Shown in pieces: positions 13,704-24,487 of a stretch of DNA of 64,000 nt. The notes under the pieces are model-generated. The model ran no database searches, had not been told where the DNA came from, and saw only the letters and a list, made by a program, of their open reading frames with translations. Source of the DNA: Tubulanus polymorphus (Eukaryota; Animalia; Nemertea). The stretch is taken from assembly GCF_964204645.1 (NCBI RefSeq), contig NC_134033.1:5108231-5172230 (forward strand), read 5' to 3'. The translations under genes and the position numbers were made by a program. How positions within the stretch are numbered: position 1 is the first letter of the stretch; each line of letters begins with the position of its first letter.

Positions 13704-14596
13704 ACAATATAAAGTTACATCTGTGTTCAGTATTTAATTACTGACGTACGAATCCGATTCATTGAAACGTTTCCTTAATCCAAAACGTTACGATTCAAAT
13801 TTCTCGAATCGATTTAATGTTCGTTTGAAATGAAATTGAATTCAAGCAAAGACTATGTAAAGTAAACATGTCAAGGCGACTTTACCGCAGTAGTTACTGT
13901 TTATCCCACTCAAGAAATATACCAGATCAGACCACCTGCTATTTCTACTCTTAGTAGTTTTCACATAAAATGAGAATAACTAATTGACATTAAAAAAGTA
14001 CCGTAGTTTAATTGAAAATGAACTAGAATTTATTCTTATTTTGAGTAGTTGAAAATACAAACTACTCTCAAATAGGAGTTTTATTCGAGCCTGGAAATAG
14101 AAAAAAACCTACCTTGTTTGAATTCGAAAATAGTTTATTTGAAGACAAATTGAACCAGATTTTGGAAGTTTCTTTAATATTTTTGGAGAAGCTCTTTAAA
14201 ATAGTAGAAGCTACTCTCAAATAGTATCTGTAGTCACATCTGCAAACCAAACCAAATCGGTTCAATCATACCGGTCGGAGCAAGTGTATTTTTCATCATT
14301 AAACCTAATCGTTTGGCTAAATAAATGCTTCTCGGAAAATGACCCAATCTTCTTAACCTTTATTGACTGGTAATGATTTACAACGATTGCTTTTTCGTAC
14401 GAAAAAATATTGAACAAACTTCTGTTTGCTTTTTTGGATAACAATCTTTTTATTTCCAACGAAAACAACATTAACAACACATTAACTAACCACAAATCTT
14501 TTGATATATTCTAGTTTTAATTCAGTTTTAGTTCAGTCGAGCGCAGTTTATCGGTTTATACGAAAATGACCGAAAAATGCATATTTGATGGCCCGG

Positions 14597-17500
14597 TTAG
14601 CTACTACGCGTCATTGTTTCGTTACGGGTTCGAACCAAGGACTCGTTGGTCGTGGACGGCTTGTAGTGTCCTGTTTCTCTGAACGGCAGGAATACTGTTT
14701 TAGAGCTGACTGGGTTGTCGATCAGGTGACTCGTCTCGTCGGCCTCCGAGTTGAAGTGCTGATCGTTTTTCAAAGCTGAAATAAGAATGACGCGGTGCTG
14801 ATATTACAGAAGCTAGATACGTCATTTGGCAGTCGAATACGTTGATTCAATTTCATATCAACGTCGAGTCGAAAAGTCATGTCACCAGTTTATCATATAG
14901 AGATGTACTCCCCGAAAAAGTAAAATCGACGTCCCAATTCGGCACATAATTCAAATGTCGGTTGTTAACCTCGTTAGAATGTACATAATCCGACTACTCA
15001 TAACTGGGCGAAGATTTCCAATGATAATGATCACAAGGTTGTATTATGACAGTTGTGAAATGTGTTACTGTAATATATAGGAACAACTGAATATTTCTGA
15101 AGTTGAATATTATGATATCTTGTTCATTCCTTAGCAGACGATGCGATACGATAGTTCCCTGCGTTACGTCAGCTCCCCACCTATCAACCCTATTTCCACT
15201 AGATGGCGAACTAGTCAAATCTGGCTGTTTATACTGCATCAGCACGCTCTAATGCTCCCTTACAGACCTCGATATACGCCTCACTCGACATACGTTTCAT
15301 AAAAAACGCAAGGTATGAATGATTTTAAATAAATTGAAATTGGGAATGGCAATAATTTGTATTTCATGAATGATGAATGGATAATGAATAGATAGTTTTC
15401 AGACTTTTTGAAATAAAATCTATACGAGCTTCACCTTCAAGTGTCAGGAAATTAGCGAACTGTTGACCGATACAGTTGTATTTCGGCGTCCAAGGCATCG
15501 GGAATCTCGAACTAGACCAGAAACTGTATTTATCAGAATGCCACTGTGTCGCGTAAAACGGGTAGTTTTTAGCTGCCCGAAAAAGAACAGTAATAAACAA
15601 GATCGGAATTAGTCAGGAGCAATTCCGAGTAGAATTTAAGACATTAATTTCGGAATCTCAAAATTCAACTCAATATTTACATCTCAAAAATGCATGGTAT
15701 GATTGATAATACGCACGGCAGCTCAATTATTCTAAATAAATTGCAATTAATTATTGATAATTAATTCTTAATTAACAGATTGATTTTACCTTCTACGGTT
15801 GAAACGATGACCTCCCCGGAGTTGTCGATCGTCGACGAAATGACGTGGAAGAAATCGGTCAGGCGCGAGTCGCTGTTGAAGTCCTTCAGGCGAACTCCGT
15901 AATAATGCAAGTGAAACATGGTCGTCTCGCTGACCATTATATTCAAAGCGTCGTTAGTCAAGCAGCTCAACAGACGACTCGACGATATATCTGTGCGAAA
16001 AAAAAATACGTTACATTCAAAAATTCCATCCCTAAAAAATACCTTCATTTATAAAATCCAATCTCTAAAATATACGTTAATTTCAAAATTTCCATCTCTA
16101 AAAAATAGGTTAATTGCAGAAATTCCATCTCTAAAACTACGTTAATTTCAAATGCCTATCTCTAGAAAATACGTTGATTTAAAAAATTGCATCTCTAAAA
16201 ATACGTTAAATTCATAAATTTCATCTCTTGAAGTTCTAAGAATCGATAGTTTTTGATAGCATTTTAGACATTTTGGCTTCTACGGTGGCTACTCTTAGAT
16301 ATGGTTATTTTTGAAAATTTCATTCCTAAAAAATACGTTAGATTCAAAATTCGATCTCTTGAAAATATGCGGAATTAAAAAGAAAATCGAAAAATTCAAG
16401 AAGTCGCCGATTCAAAACGCGTAAATCGAAAGATTCGACATTAATTTCGATTTTTGGGCCATGACTATAATGCGGAAGGATCTTGATTCTATCAGGTTCG
16501 AATCCCCGCCGAGGATCTTGAATCAGGAAGATGGAACTCTAATTAAATGATGGTCATTTTCTATCGAGCTTAATGTTAATTGTTATTAAGAAATAGTAGT
16601 TTTGCGGCCAATCCAACAGTTATGAATTAGATTGTACCATACGATTTACTTTTGAACTATTAACAACATGCAAAGTGTAACAGGGAGCTAAATGAATATT
16701 TCCGGTGTTCTTTTTCTACCCGTTGATAATTCCAGTTTTCTGTTCATCTGATACGCGTCGACTCGAGTTAGTAGATTCTGACCGGTGACGTAAGCGGTGA
16801 ACGTCTGAAATCCGGCGCACAAACCAAATATCGGGAAATACGTCCCGCCATCGTTCAACTGAAATATACAACACCTACAGAGAGACTGAATGAATTAGTC
16901 AAACTGAAAAAAGTCGCACTTATAGTAAATCTTCTGAAATATACAACACACATATTAGGGACCCGATGATAACTAGTCATTGTTGTAACTGGAAAAAGAG
17001 TCACATAAGATCTAGATGTAAGCCTCCTAATCCCCAGAGTAAAGGCTTTAGAATTTATGATTCTTCAAAAGGCAAAAAATTTAGAAAAATGATTATATCC
17101 CCAGGACGCCTCCGTAGCACGATGCCAAACGAATGCTGCGACCCAGTTTTGCCCAGACGAGTCAAAATACTAGGTATACAATCTACAGCCTGGATCCTGC
17201 AGCCCTCATAGATTTTTTTTCGCTATTCTCCTTATTTTTGTCATCGAGAGATCTCCGTGTTAAGCTCTTCGCCCGAGACATTTCTAAGTGAAAATGAACT
17301 ACAAACACCAGACTTTAGATACTTTATCAGCGCGCTTTCATAAACTGATCGTCCACACTTCACATGTGTTCAGAACTTCACCTGAGACATTTTCCTTGAA
17401 AATGGACTACAAACACCAGATATTCGACGACATTTCATCAGTTCACTAACAAAAACTGATCATCCACACTTCACATTCAGAACTTCACCCGAGACATTTC

Positions 17501-20500
17501 ATTCAAAAATGAACTACAAAAACCATACATAAGACAATTTATCGGCACACTTTCAAAAACTAATCATCTATAATACTCATTGTGTTCAGAACTTCACCTG
17601 AGATATTGTTAATTGAAAATGAACTTCAAACACCAGATATCAGACATTTTATCAGCGCACTCTCAAAAACTGATCGTCTACACTTCACATTGTGTTCAGA
17701 GCTTCACCTGCGACATTTCTAATTGAAAATGAACTACAAACACCATACATTGGACATTCTATCCGGACACTCTCGACAAGAAGCAAATTAATCTTAGCTT
17801 ACTTGGTCAGGTGTTAAGTGAAGTCACAGTCGGCTATCTCGGAGGATATCTGTGACCTTGCTTGGTCATATGATACCATAGGTGATGCAAGCTGATATAG
17901 TCATATTGTCACTATAAAAGCTCTATCTGGAAACATTTTTGAGTTGATGACCAATGTAATAAATGTTCAATTTCAGAATCAATAGTCATAGCTCTCTATT
18001 GAAAATGTTGTTTTTTGTGTTGATGACCATGTAAATGTATGATTTCAAAATCGAAGATGGCCACCAGTTGGCTTAATTAGATGACATAATAAGTCATTCG
18101 ATTTCACATTCTCATAAACAAAATGTATGTGGAATATCATGTCACTAGATATCGGTGAATATTTTGAAGATGGTTGTTCAGAGACTTCAGAATGAACTGA
18201 ATTATGAGATTGAACGATTAAAATACGATGGAATGTCTCGATCAAAATCAAGTCGAAGTCAATTTGATAAAATCCGCTACTGGAATGTCGAATACGTACC
18301 TGAATAGCTAGTTTGATCAGTCTGTGAGCGGCTTTAGCGTATCCAGAATTCAACGGATCGTTAGTCAGAGCACCGGGCAGTATTAACCTATATATATATA
18401 TATATATATCAATACACAGAAACAAGTTATTTACCCACAATAATCGTTATATTGAAATAGCTGCGCCATAATTCCATTTTTCAAGTGGGATTTGGTCCGA
18501 ACGTCTAATGCTCATTGAGGTTTATCTCATGGTCGATGTTTTTTAACTAATCAGTTTTAGTGGATGGATGGTTTCGGGACTTGAAGATCAGTTCAAACTT
18601 CATTGAAAATGTACTAATTTTGACAACGGACGATCTACTGCTCGCCACGCCACCTGGTGGGATAGCTGGAGTTGCGGTTCATTGTTTGAATGGTAATTTT
18701 GTGACAAAAAGAAATAGGAATTACCCGTTGATTTGTAGCACGAGCTCTTCGTAATATTCGTCCGGTTCGTCGACCCTGCAAGAAAATAAACTAAAATTGA
18801 CGTCTCATCCGAAAAAATGAAACCCTCAAAAGCGCCTAGAAAATTGTGCCACCAAGGCAAGGAAGGATGAATTGACCGTTTCATGTGCGATCTTCGTAAC
18901 GAGGGGGGAGAGACAAAAGGTTTTTGTTGACCGTTATATTACCATGGTTTATCCCAACGAACGGTGGCTGATAAAAAGCCATACAAAATCACTCGACAAA
19001 AAAATGTCGCCATAAAGAAAATAAATTAGCATAAAAATATTCGTAAGTGAAAATTATTGCGCTATGAAAAAAAGGAAACCGCGTTCAAAATGTATTGATT
19101 AGTACCTAAAAATTAGTATATACCTAATTTCGTCATGACAAGTTATCGATTTCGAAATATTCATTTGAAATAATTCTACTGCGAAACATAAATTTCATTA
19201 AAATTTTCATGAATGAAAACAATTTCGGTTTTTTAAAATTTACAATTTTGTCAATTACTATTCTCAGCAGCCACGATAGCAACGCGCACGACGCACGGAA
19301 AACGTGTTTCCTCGCGTTTCCCTGTGTCGTGTGCGCGGTAACGAAAAACATGGTTTCGGGAAACAATGTTTCCGGGATCTAACATTTTTTTTGTAACGGA
19401 CGTGTTTCCGCGTTCGTCTGTCGTCGTGTGGATTGGGCATCTTGGTCTTCGGGAGTCAGCGGACTAATCAAGGCGACTGGACTATACATGATAGATTTAA
19501 TCAGGGCGAAAAACACTTCGAAGATATTGTACGTAGAATTATTTTAAGCGTTAATAAGATAAAAACCCACTTTGTACAAATTGAGAGAATTTCAAAATAG
19601 AGAATTTATTTATTCAAACAATCTAAAATATAAAATACACGACATTTCAATCTGACCCTAGAGATCATAGTCACATAGATCGAAACGTCGTGTATTCTAT
19701 ATTTCAGATTGTTTGAATAAATAAATTATCTTTTTTGGAATTCTTTTTATTTGTTAAAAGTGGGTTTTTTATCTTATTGATCGTTCACCGCGTTTGAGTG
19801 CGGTAAATTGTACTCAAGCGTTGTTTAAAAAAGATGAATCTTTTCCAAATAAGACCTAGGTAAACAATCTTCAATACATATTCTAGTAATATCATCATAA
19901 GCGCAGGCGATTCGAAAAACCATCGTTTCTAAAAATAGATTTCCTTGAGCAGCTAGACAATTTGAATCGCTTCTTTTTGTTCGACGACTTTTTTGTCCGC
20001 TACCTACCATATCGGTGTAACCAAGGAGCCGCCCATCTGCGCGAATCGTACCACGTGATCGTACACCGCTTGTTCGCCGTTCAGCTTTTCCGTTTCGTCG
20101 AACACGTATTGAGCCAGAATTCCTAGAAACAAAAATCAACACGCATCGTGTAGAGGTAAGCTACACTCTGATCATGGGCAGATATAGAGGGGTGCGGGGT
20201 GCACCGACCTTAACAGTGTCCGAGAGCCCTTCTTTCACTCATCCTCCTCCCTCGGCAGGGATTCGAACCTGATTGCATCGCTTCACTCAGCCGCGGAACG
20301 AACCCCTGCCATACTAGATCGAGTGCGCAGGTACATGCGCGGGTACATGCGCAGCTTTGACGCGCGAAAACTTGCGGCACCAATCAGATTGCTCGTTGTA
20401 TAATCGCTGAGGTAAATTTCACGGAAGAACTATAAATTGGTAAACCCGGACTAAACTAAAACGGGATTTCTGATCGGCTAATAATGACATCATCTAAGCA

Positions 20501-22145
20501 GCGCGTGTAGCTGCGCACTCGGTCCCATTTTTTAATCTAATACATTTTACTAATACAGGTTATATAGTTTCGCAGTGTTGCCAGATGCCCTGAAATGTAG
20601 CTAGAATAGGTTTAGATTTCAACAAATATTTCTGGACCATCTGTTGATTAGAGATGAGTCAGGTGTGACGATAATCTCTATGGAGAGTTCGAAATGTCTC
20701 TGATTTAGAATTTTTTTATGAACAAATTTTGCTTTTAATCTCTTAAAATTTGTTAATAGTGTCATGTAAATCTCTGCATGCTATTCATTCACAATCATTA
20801 TTCCATCACTTATTATTATCACTTTTTATTGATTTTTCCATCAAAAATTGATCATCAAAGATTTCTATTTCAGAAACACGACCGCTCTCTACTCACCAAT
20901 CACCGGGCGTTTTCTGGGTTTTCCCCTCTCGTTCACGATTAAGTCGGCGTTAACTAGGTCACTCATACCGTCCGCTTCGAATGTGAGGACAAACTGGGGC
21001 GATACGTAGCTAAAAAATAAAGATAAATTTGTTAAAGCCACGTTCTATTTTCAACGCATGTTAGGCCTATCGGGAATCGCCAAGGCCTGGGTCCAAATCA
21101 AGCCAAGGGCAATTTCGTGCATGGAAAAGATATAACAAATTTTCGTTTCCATAGCTTGTGAAGGCCGGCCTTTATCGAAACAGCACATATTTATTCACGC
21201 CTTTTTAATTAGGATCTATGAATTTATGCCGAGGAAATTATTTCTGGGAAATCTTTAAACAACAAAATGTACTTTGAAATATCTGAAAGTCGTTTTTGTA
21301 ACACAGCAGTGGTGGGAGCGAAAAACCCTTTCAAATTATTTGAAAAGTGAATTCAATTTCTGCTCCCGTCTGTCAGGAGACGTTTGAAGAGACAAAACTA
21401 TATTCCATTACACGTAGAACAGAGCCGATTCACAGTCGTGGCTTAAATCCGAAAGTGGTCTTAAGTCTTGATACCGGCTTTAACTTGTCAGATTGGCTGT
21501 AGAACTACTTAGAATGATCTTAAGTTGTTAGAGTGGCTATAGAAAATGAGCTTAGACCGGTCTTAGGATGATAGATTGACTATTGTAGAACAAGAATGAG
21601 CTTAACCGGTATTGAGATGTTAGAATTTTGGTTGTAGGACTAAGATGAGCTTAGACTGGTCTTAAGTTGTTGGACCGACTGTCCTAAAATTAGTTAAGAT
21701 CGGTCTTCAGTTGTTAGATTGGCTATAGCAGAGATGGATTTAGACTGGTCTTTGTTGTTAAATCGGCTGTAGAACCAAACTGAGTTTAAACTAGCCAAAA
21801 CATTTTAGATAGCTAGATCACTAGATTTGTCTTCTACTGGTCCTTAATCTGAGCCGTCACCGCACAACTGGATTCAGGATCCTATATTGAATTGATATGT
21901 TCATTAAAAATAATATTTAATGGTAAAACCGAAAGGGAAAATAAATATTACTTACTTAGTGTTGGTTGTTGCTGTTTTGTGCAGGCTGACTAGGTGCGTT
22001 GGTGTGTAGGTGTAGGCCGACCGTACGTGAGAAGATCCGACGCACTATACTGGCTTATAACAAGATCTTACCTTGAATTTATGCAAGACCAAGTCCTGCG
22101 TGGTCGAATGAATTCGCTGTACGCCTGATTTGATGATTCTGTCAT
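14597..22145 (-). CDS. GGH: Divergent gamma-glutamyl hydrolase-like protein (peptidase C26, class I glutamine amidotransferase fold), multi-exon
   Basis: Exons on minus, all GT-AG and phase-compatible: 22145-22072 (uncertain; alternative start ATG 20966), 21009-20897, 20122-20008, 18775-18725, 18387-18300, 16858-16720, 15990-15790, 15572-15435, 14775-14597. Protein includes RPVIGILAQ, QINGLILPGA, YFPIFGLCAGFQ (nucleophile Cys), FFHVISST, YPFYATQWHSDK (catalytic His), FLTLEALKNDQHF. 365 aa from 22145 or 326 aa from 20966. Confidence 0.88.
16005..16360. repeat. ~33-bp intronic minisatellite (aaaatacgttaatttcaaaattccatctcta)
   Basis: Repeated catctctaaaa / atacgtta units in a GGH-like intron. 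Confidence 0.75.
17267..17770. repeat. ~109-bp tandem repeat, about 4.5 copies, intronic
   Basis: Units start cttcacctgagaca at ~17267, 17376, 17483, 17592 and 17702. Confidence 0.85.
19552..19779. mobile_element. Long imperfect palindrome (~100-bp arms), probably inverted Penelope-like terminal repeats
   Basis: aataagataaaaacccacttt...atacacgacatttc inverted against gaaacgtcgtgtat...aaagtgggtttttatcttatt; gatcgaaacgtcg motif resembles Penelope pseudo-LTRs. Confidence 0.55.
21422..21870. mobile_element. MITE (family B) with internal ~48-bp tandem expansion; relatives at 25197-25346 and 54940-55545
   Basis: Shared GGGGCCAGTTGCACAGT-like termini and ttaagttgttagattggct / agactggtc units. Confidence 0.65.
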
Positions 22146-22235
22146 GTCCGAAACTATATAATGCTAGTATACGTAGTATTACGAGGGCCTTCGCTGCGCG
22201 TAGAACAGGGGAAAATCCGCGGTCAGGATATAATC
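22146..22235. promoter_or_regulatory. Candidate bidirectional promoter and non-coding first exon of the SLC18-like gene
   Basis: TATATAA at 22155-22161; plus-strand donor GTAAGT at 22236; minus-strand donors at 22071 and 21955; the SLC18 ATG directly follows an acceptor, so an upstream exon is required. Confidence 0.45.
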
Positions 22236-22389
22236 GTAAGTTAGTACAATTCGGGCATCCTGCAACTCGAGATGAAATGAAGCCTTCGCATCGCGGAATC
22301 GTGCATTCATCTCCTTAGAATCGATGAATGATACGATGAATGATATCTATACTTTCTGTTCGACTACATACAGTTCGATTTACAGTTCT

Positions 22390-23020
22390 GGACCCAGTTC
22401 CACAGTTGCGAGTTAAGATTTGACTCTGAGTTAACTCACTGAAAATGAACTAATTTTAACTCAGAGTTAACTCTAACTCACAACTGTGGAAGGATCCTGT
22501 GTGCTTAATTTAACCCCGAAACCAGTTCCACAGTTGTGTGGATTTAATTTAGCTCAAAAAACAGTTCCACAGTTGTGTGGATTTAATTTAGCTCAAAACA
22601 CAGTTCCACAGTTTTGTGGATTTAATTTAGCTCAAAACACAGTTCCACAGTTGATTGGATTTAATTTGACTCAGAATCCATTGCCACAGTTATTTGAATT
22701 TAATCGGACTCTGAATCCAGTCCACAGTTGTGTGGGTTTATTAAACTCTGAATCCAGTTCCACAGTTGATTGGGTTTAATTTGACTCTGAATCCAGTTCC
22801 ACAGTTATGTGAATTTAATTGGACTCTGAATCCAGTCCACAGTTGTGTGGGTTTATTAAACTCTGAATCCAGTTCCACAGTTGATTGGGTTTAATTTGAC
22901 TCTGAATCCAGTTCCACAGTTATGTGAATTTAATCGGACTCTGTATCCAGGTCCACAGTTGTGTGGGTTTATTAAACTCTGAATCCAGTTCCACAGTTGT
23001 GTGGGTTTAAGTTGACTCTC
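22390..23020 (+). repeat. Palindromic MITE (22390-22498) followed by a ~39-bp minisatellite (ccagttccacagttgtgtgggtttaatttgactctgaa)
   Basis: About 13 units; the same array family occurs at 28830-29100, 35483-35670, 41500-41910 and (minus) 54028-54367; related MITEs at 24651-24747 and 24861-24903. Confidence 0.85.
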
Positions 23021-23068
23021 AATTTATCTCAACTGTTATCGATTAAAACGTATTTCTTCCTATTGCAG

Positions 23069-24487
23069 ATGACGCCTAACGACGATTCGATAGTGGACGA
23101 AAAACCACCGCTTGTCACGCCATCTGGTAACGAAGCTGCGAACGAAAGCCGCGTAACGCGTTTCCTATCTTCGACGGCTCTAGTCAAAGTCATCGCTTTC
23201 AACTCCGTATTTCTAGGCGCGTTAGTGACTTCGGTAGTCATCCCGATTCTACCGGCGCTACTCGTCGACTTCGAAAAACAAGCGGCTCTGGCAAGCGGTG
23301 TCAACTCGACGACCGGAAGATCGGCCGAATTCGAATTCAACGGTCACCGCGAAATGCGCGCGCATCGTAGCGGTAAAATTGTAGAAAAAACCAGCTACAT
23401 ATTTCTAGCGAAACCGTTCAGTGAAATGCTGACGAATTTGTTCACCGGAAAACTCGTCGATTCGTTCGGGTTTCGAATCCCATTATTACTCGGTTCGGTG
23501 ATGAGCATCGTGTCCGTTATCGGGTTCACTTACGTCGATACGATCTTGCTGATGACCTTGATGCGGATAATAGAGGGCGTCGGCACCAGTTTGAGCGTCG
23601 TTTCGTCGCTGGCTTTGGTCACGTACGTTTTCAAAACGGACGACGAGCGAACGAAAGCCATCAGTATCGGTTACATGGGTTGGTCGGCAGGTGTCGCTCT
23701 AGGTTACCCGTTCGGTGCCGTGACGTACTATTTCTTCGGGCGCGACGTGCCGTTTTTGACGCTAGGGGCGCTGTCGATTTTGGACGGTATTTTACGGTTC
23801 GTCGCGCGACCGCCCGTTAAATCACCGACGACTGATCGGACAAAATGCGCCACGAAATCGAAACAAAATTTGACGGAATTTCTACGCAATCCCCACGTGA
23901 TTGTAATACTGATCCTGTGCTTCACGATGTACACGATAGGTGGCGTGTATTTGACCGTTACGCCCGATTGGATGCTGCAAGACTTGCGCGCCACCATGTG
24001 GCAGGTCGGCGTAATACTATTGATCGGCGCAGTTTTTCAAACGGCCATGAAATATTTCGTCGGTTGGTACGGAATTTGGGTCGGCCGTTGGGTGTGCGCC
24101 GTCGCGGGGTACCTCATACTCGTCGTAGGTCTGTCTACCTATACACTACCGCCATCTATATGGGCCCTGCTGGGTCCCGATCTGGCGATGCGGATCGGCT
24201 ACGCTGCCAACGCGTGCTCGCTTACGTCCTTACTGGCGCTGGTTTGCGAACGTAATTTCCCAAGCCGACAAGGCTCGGCGTTCGGTATTTATAACGCTAT
24301 TACGAATCTAGGTTTCGTCGTAGGGCCACTGATGAATATCGGCCTTTTACAGGTGTTAACTACGACTTGGTGTCTGAGGGTGTTCGCGGGTTTGTCTTTG
24401 TTGTCGGCTTGTTTGGCCGTATTTCTCAAATTCGCTGAGGAGGGCAATAAAGATTCGGACGTCGACGAATTGGTAGAGCCAGAATGA
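23069..24487 (+). CDS. MFS transporter, SLC18 (VMAT/VAChT)-like, single coding exon, 472 aa
   Basis: Acceptor ttcttcctattgcag directly before ATG 23069; TSVVIPILP (TM1), AKPFSEMLTNLFTGKLVDSFG, DDERTKAISI, LGYPFG, GRDVPFL, LGFVVGP resemble SLC18 motifs; about 12 TM segments. Confidence 0.88.
   Translation: MTPNDDSIVDEKPPLVTPSGNEAANESRVTRFLSSTALVKVIAFNSVFLGALVTSVVIPILPALLVDFEKQAALASGVNSTTGRSAEFEFNGHREMRAHRSGKIVEKTSYIFLAKPFSEMLTNLFTGKLVDSFGFRIPLLLGSVMSIVSVIGFTYVDTILLMTLMRIIEGVGTSLSVVSSLALVTYVFKTDDERTKAISIGYMGWSAGVALGYPFGAVTYYFFGRDVPFLTLGALSILDGILRFVARPPVKSPTTDRTKCATKSKQNLTEFLRNPHVIVILILCFTMYTIGGVYLTVTPDWMLQDLRATMWQVGVILLIGAVFQTAMKYFVGWYGIWVGRWVCAVAGYLILVVGLSTYTLPPSIWALLGPDLAMRIGYAANACSLTSLLALVCERNFPSRQGSAFGIYNAITNLGFVVGPLMNIGLLQVLTTTWCLRVFAGLSLLSACLAVFLKFAEEGNKDSDVDELVEPE

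Noticed and set aside
21956-22045. Alternative coding exon for the GGH-like gene ending at donor 21955
   Set aside because: Phase-compatible, but it has no in-frame ATG and an intron from 22071 would be only ~26 nt; more likely an alternative UTR donor.
22500-23020. CRISPR-like appearance of the 39-bp arrays (also 60253-61235)
   Set aside because: Contiguous degenerate tandem units with no unique spacers, no cas genes, and a eukaryotic intronic context.
22997-23068. ORF-track N-terminal extension of the transporter, and ORF 22486-22779
   Set aside because: Translations of minisatellite and intron; a splice acceptor directly precedes ATG 23069.
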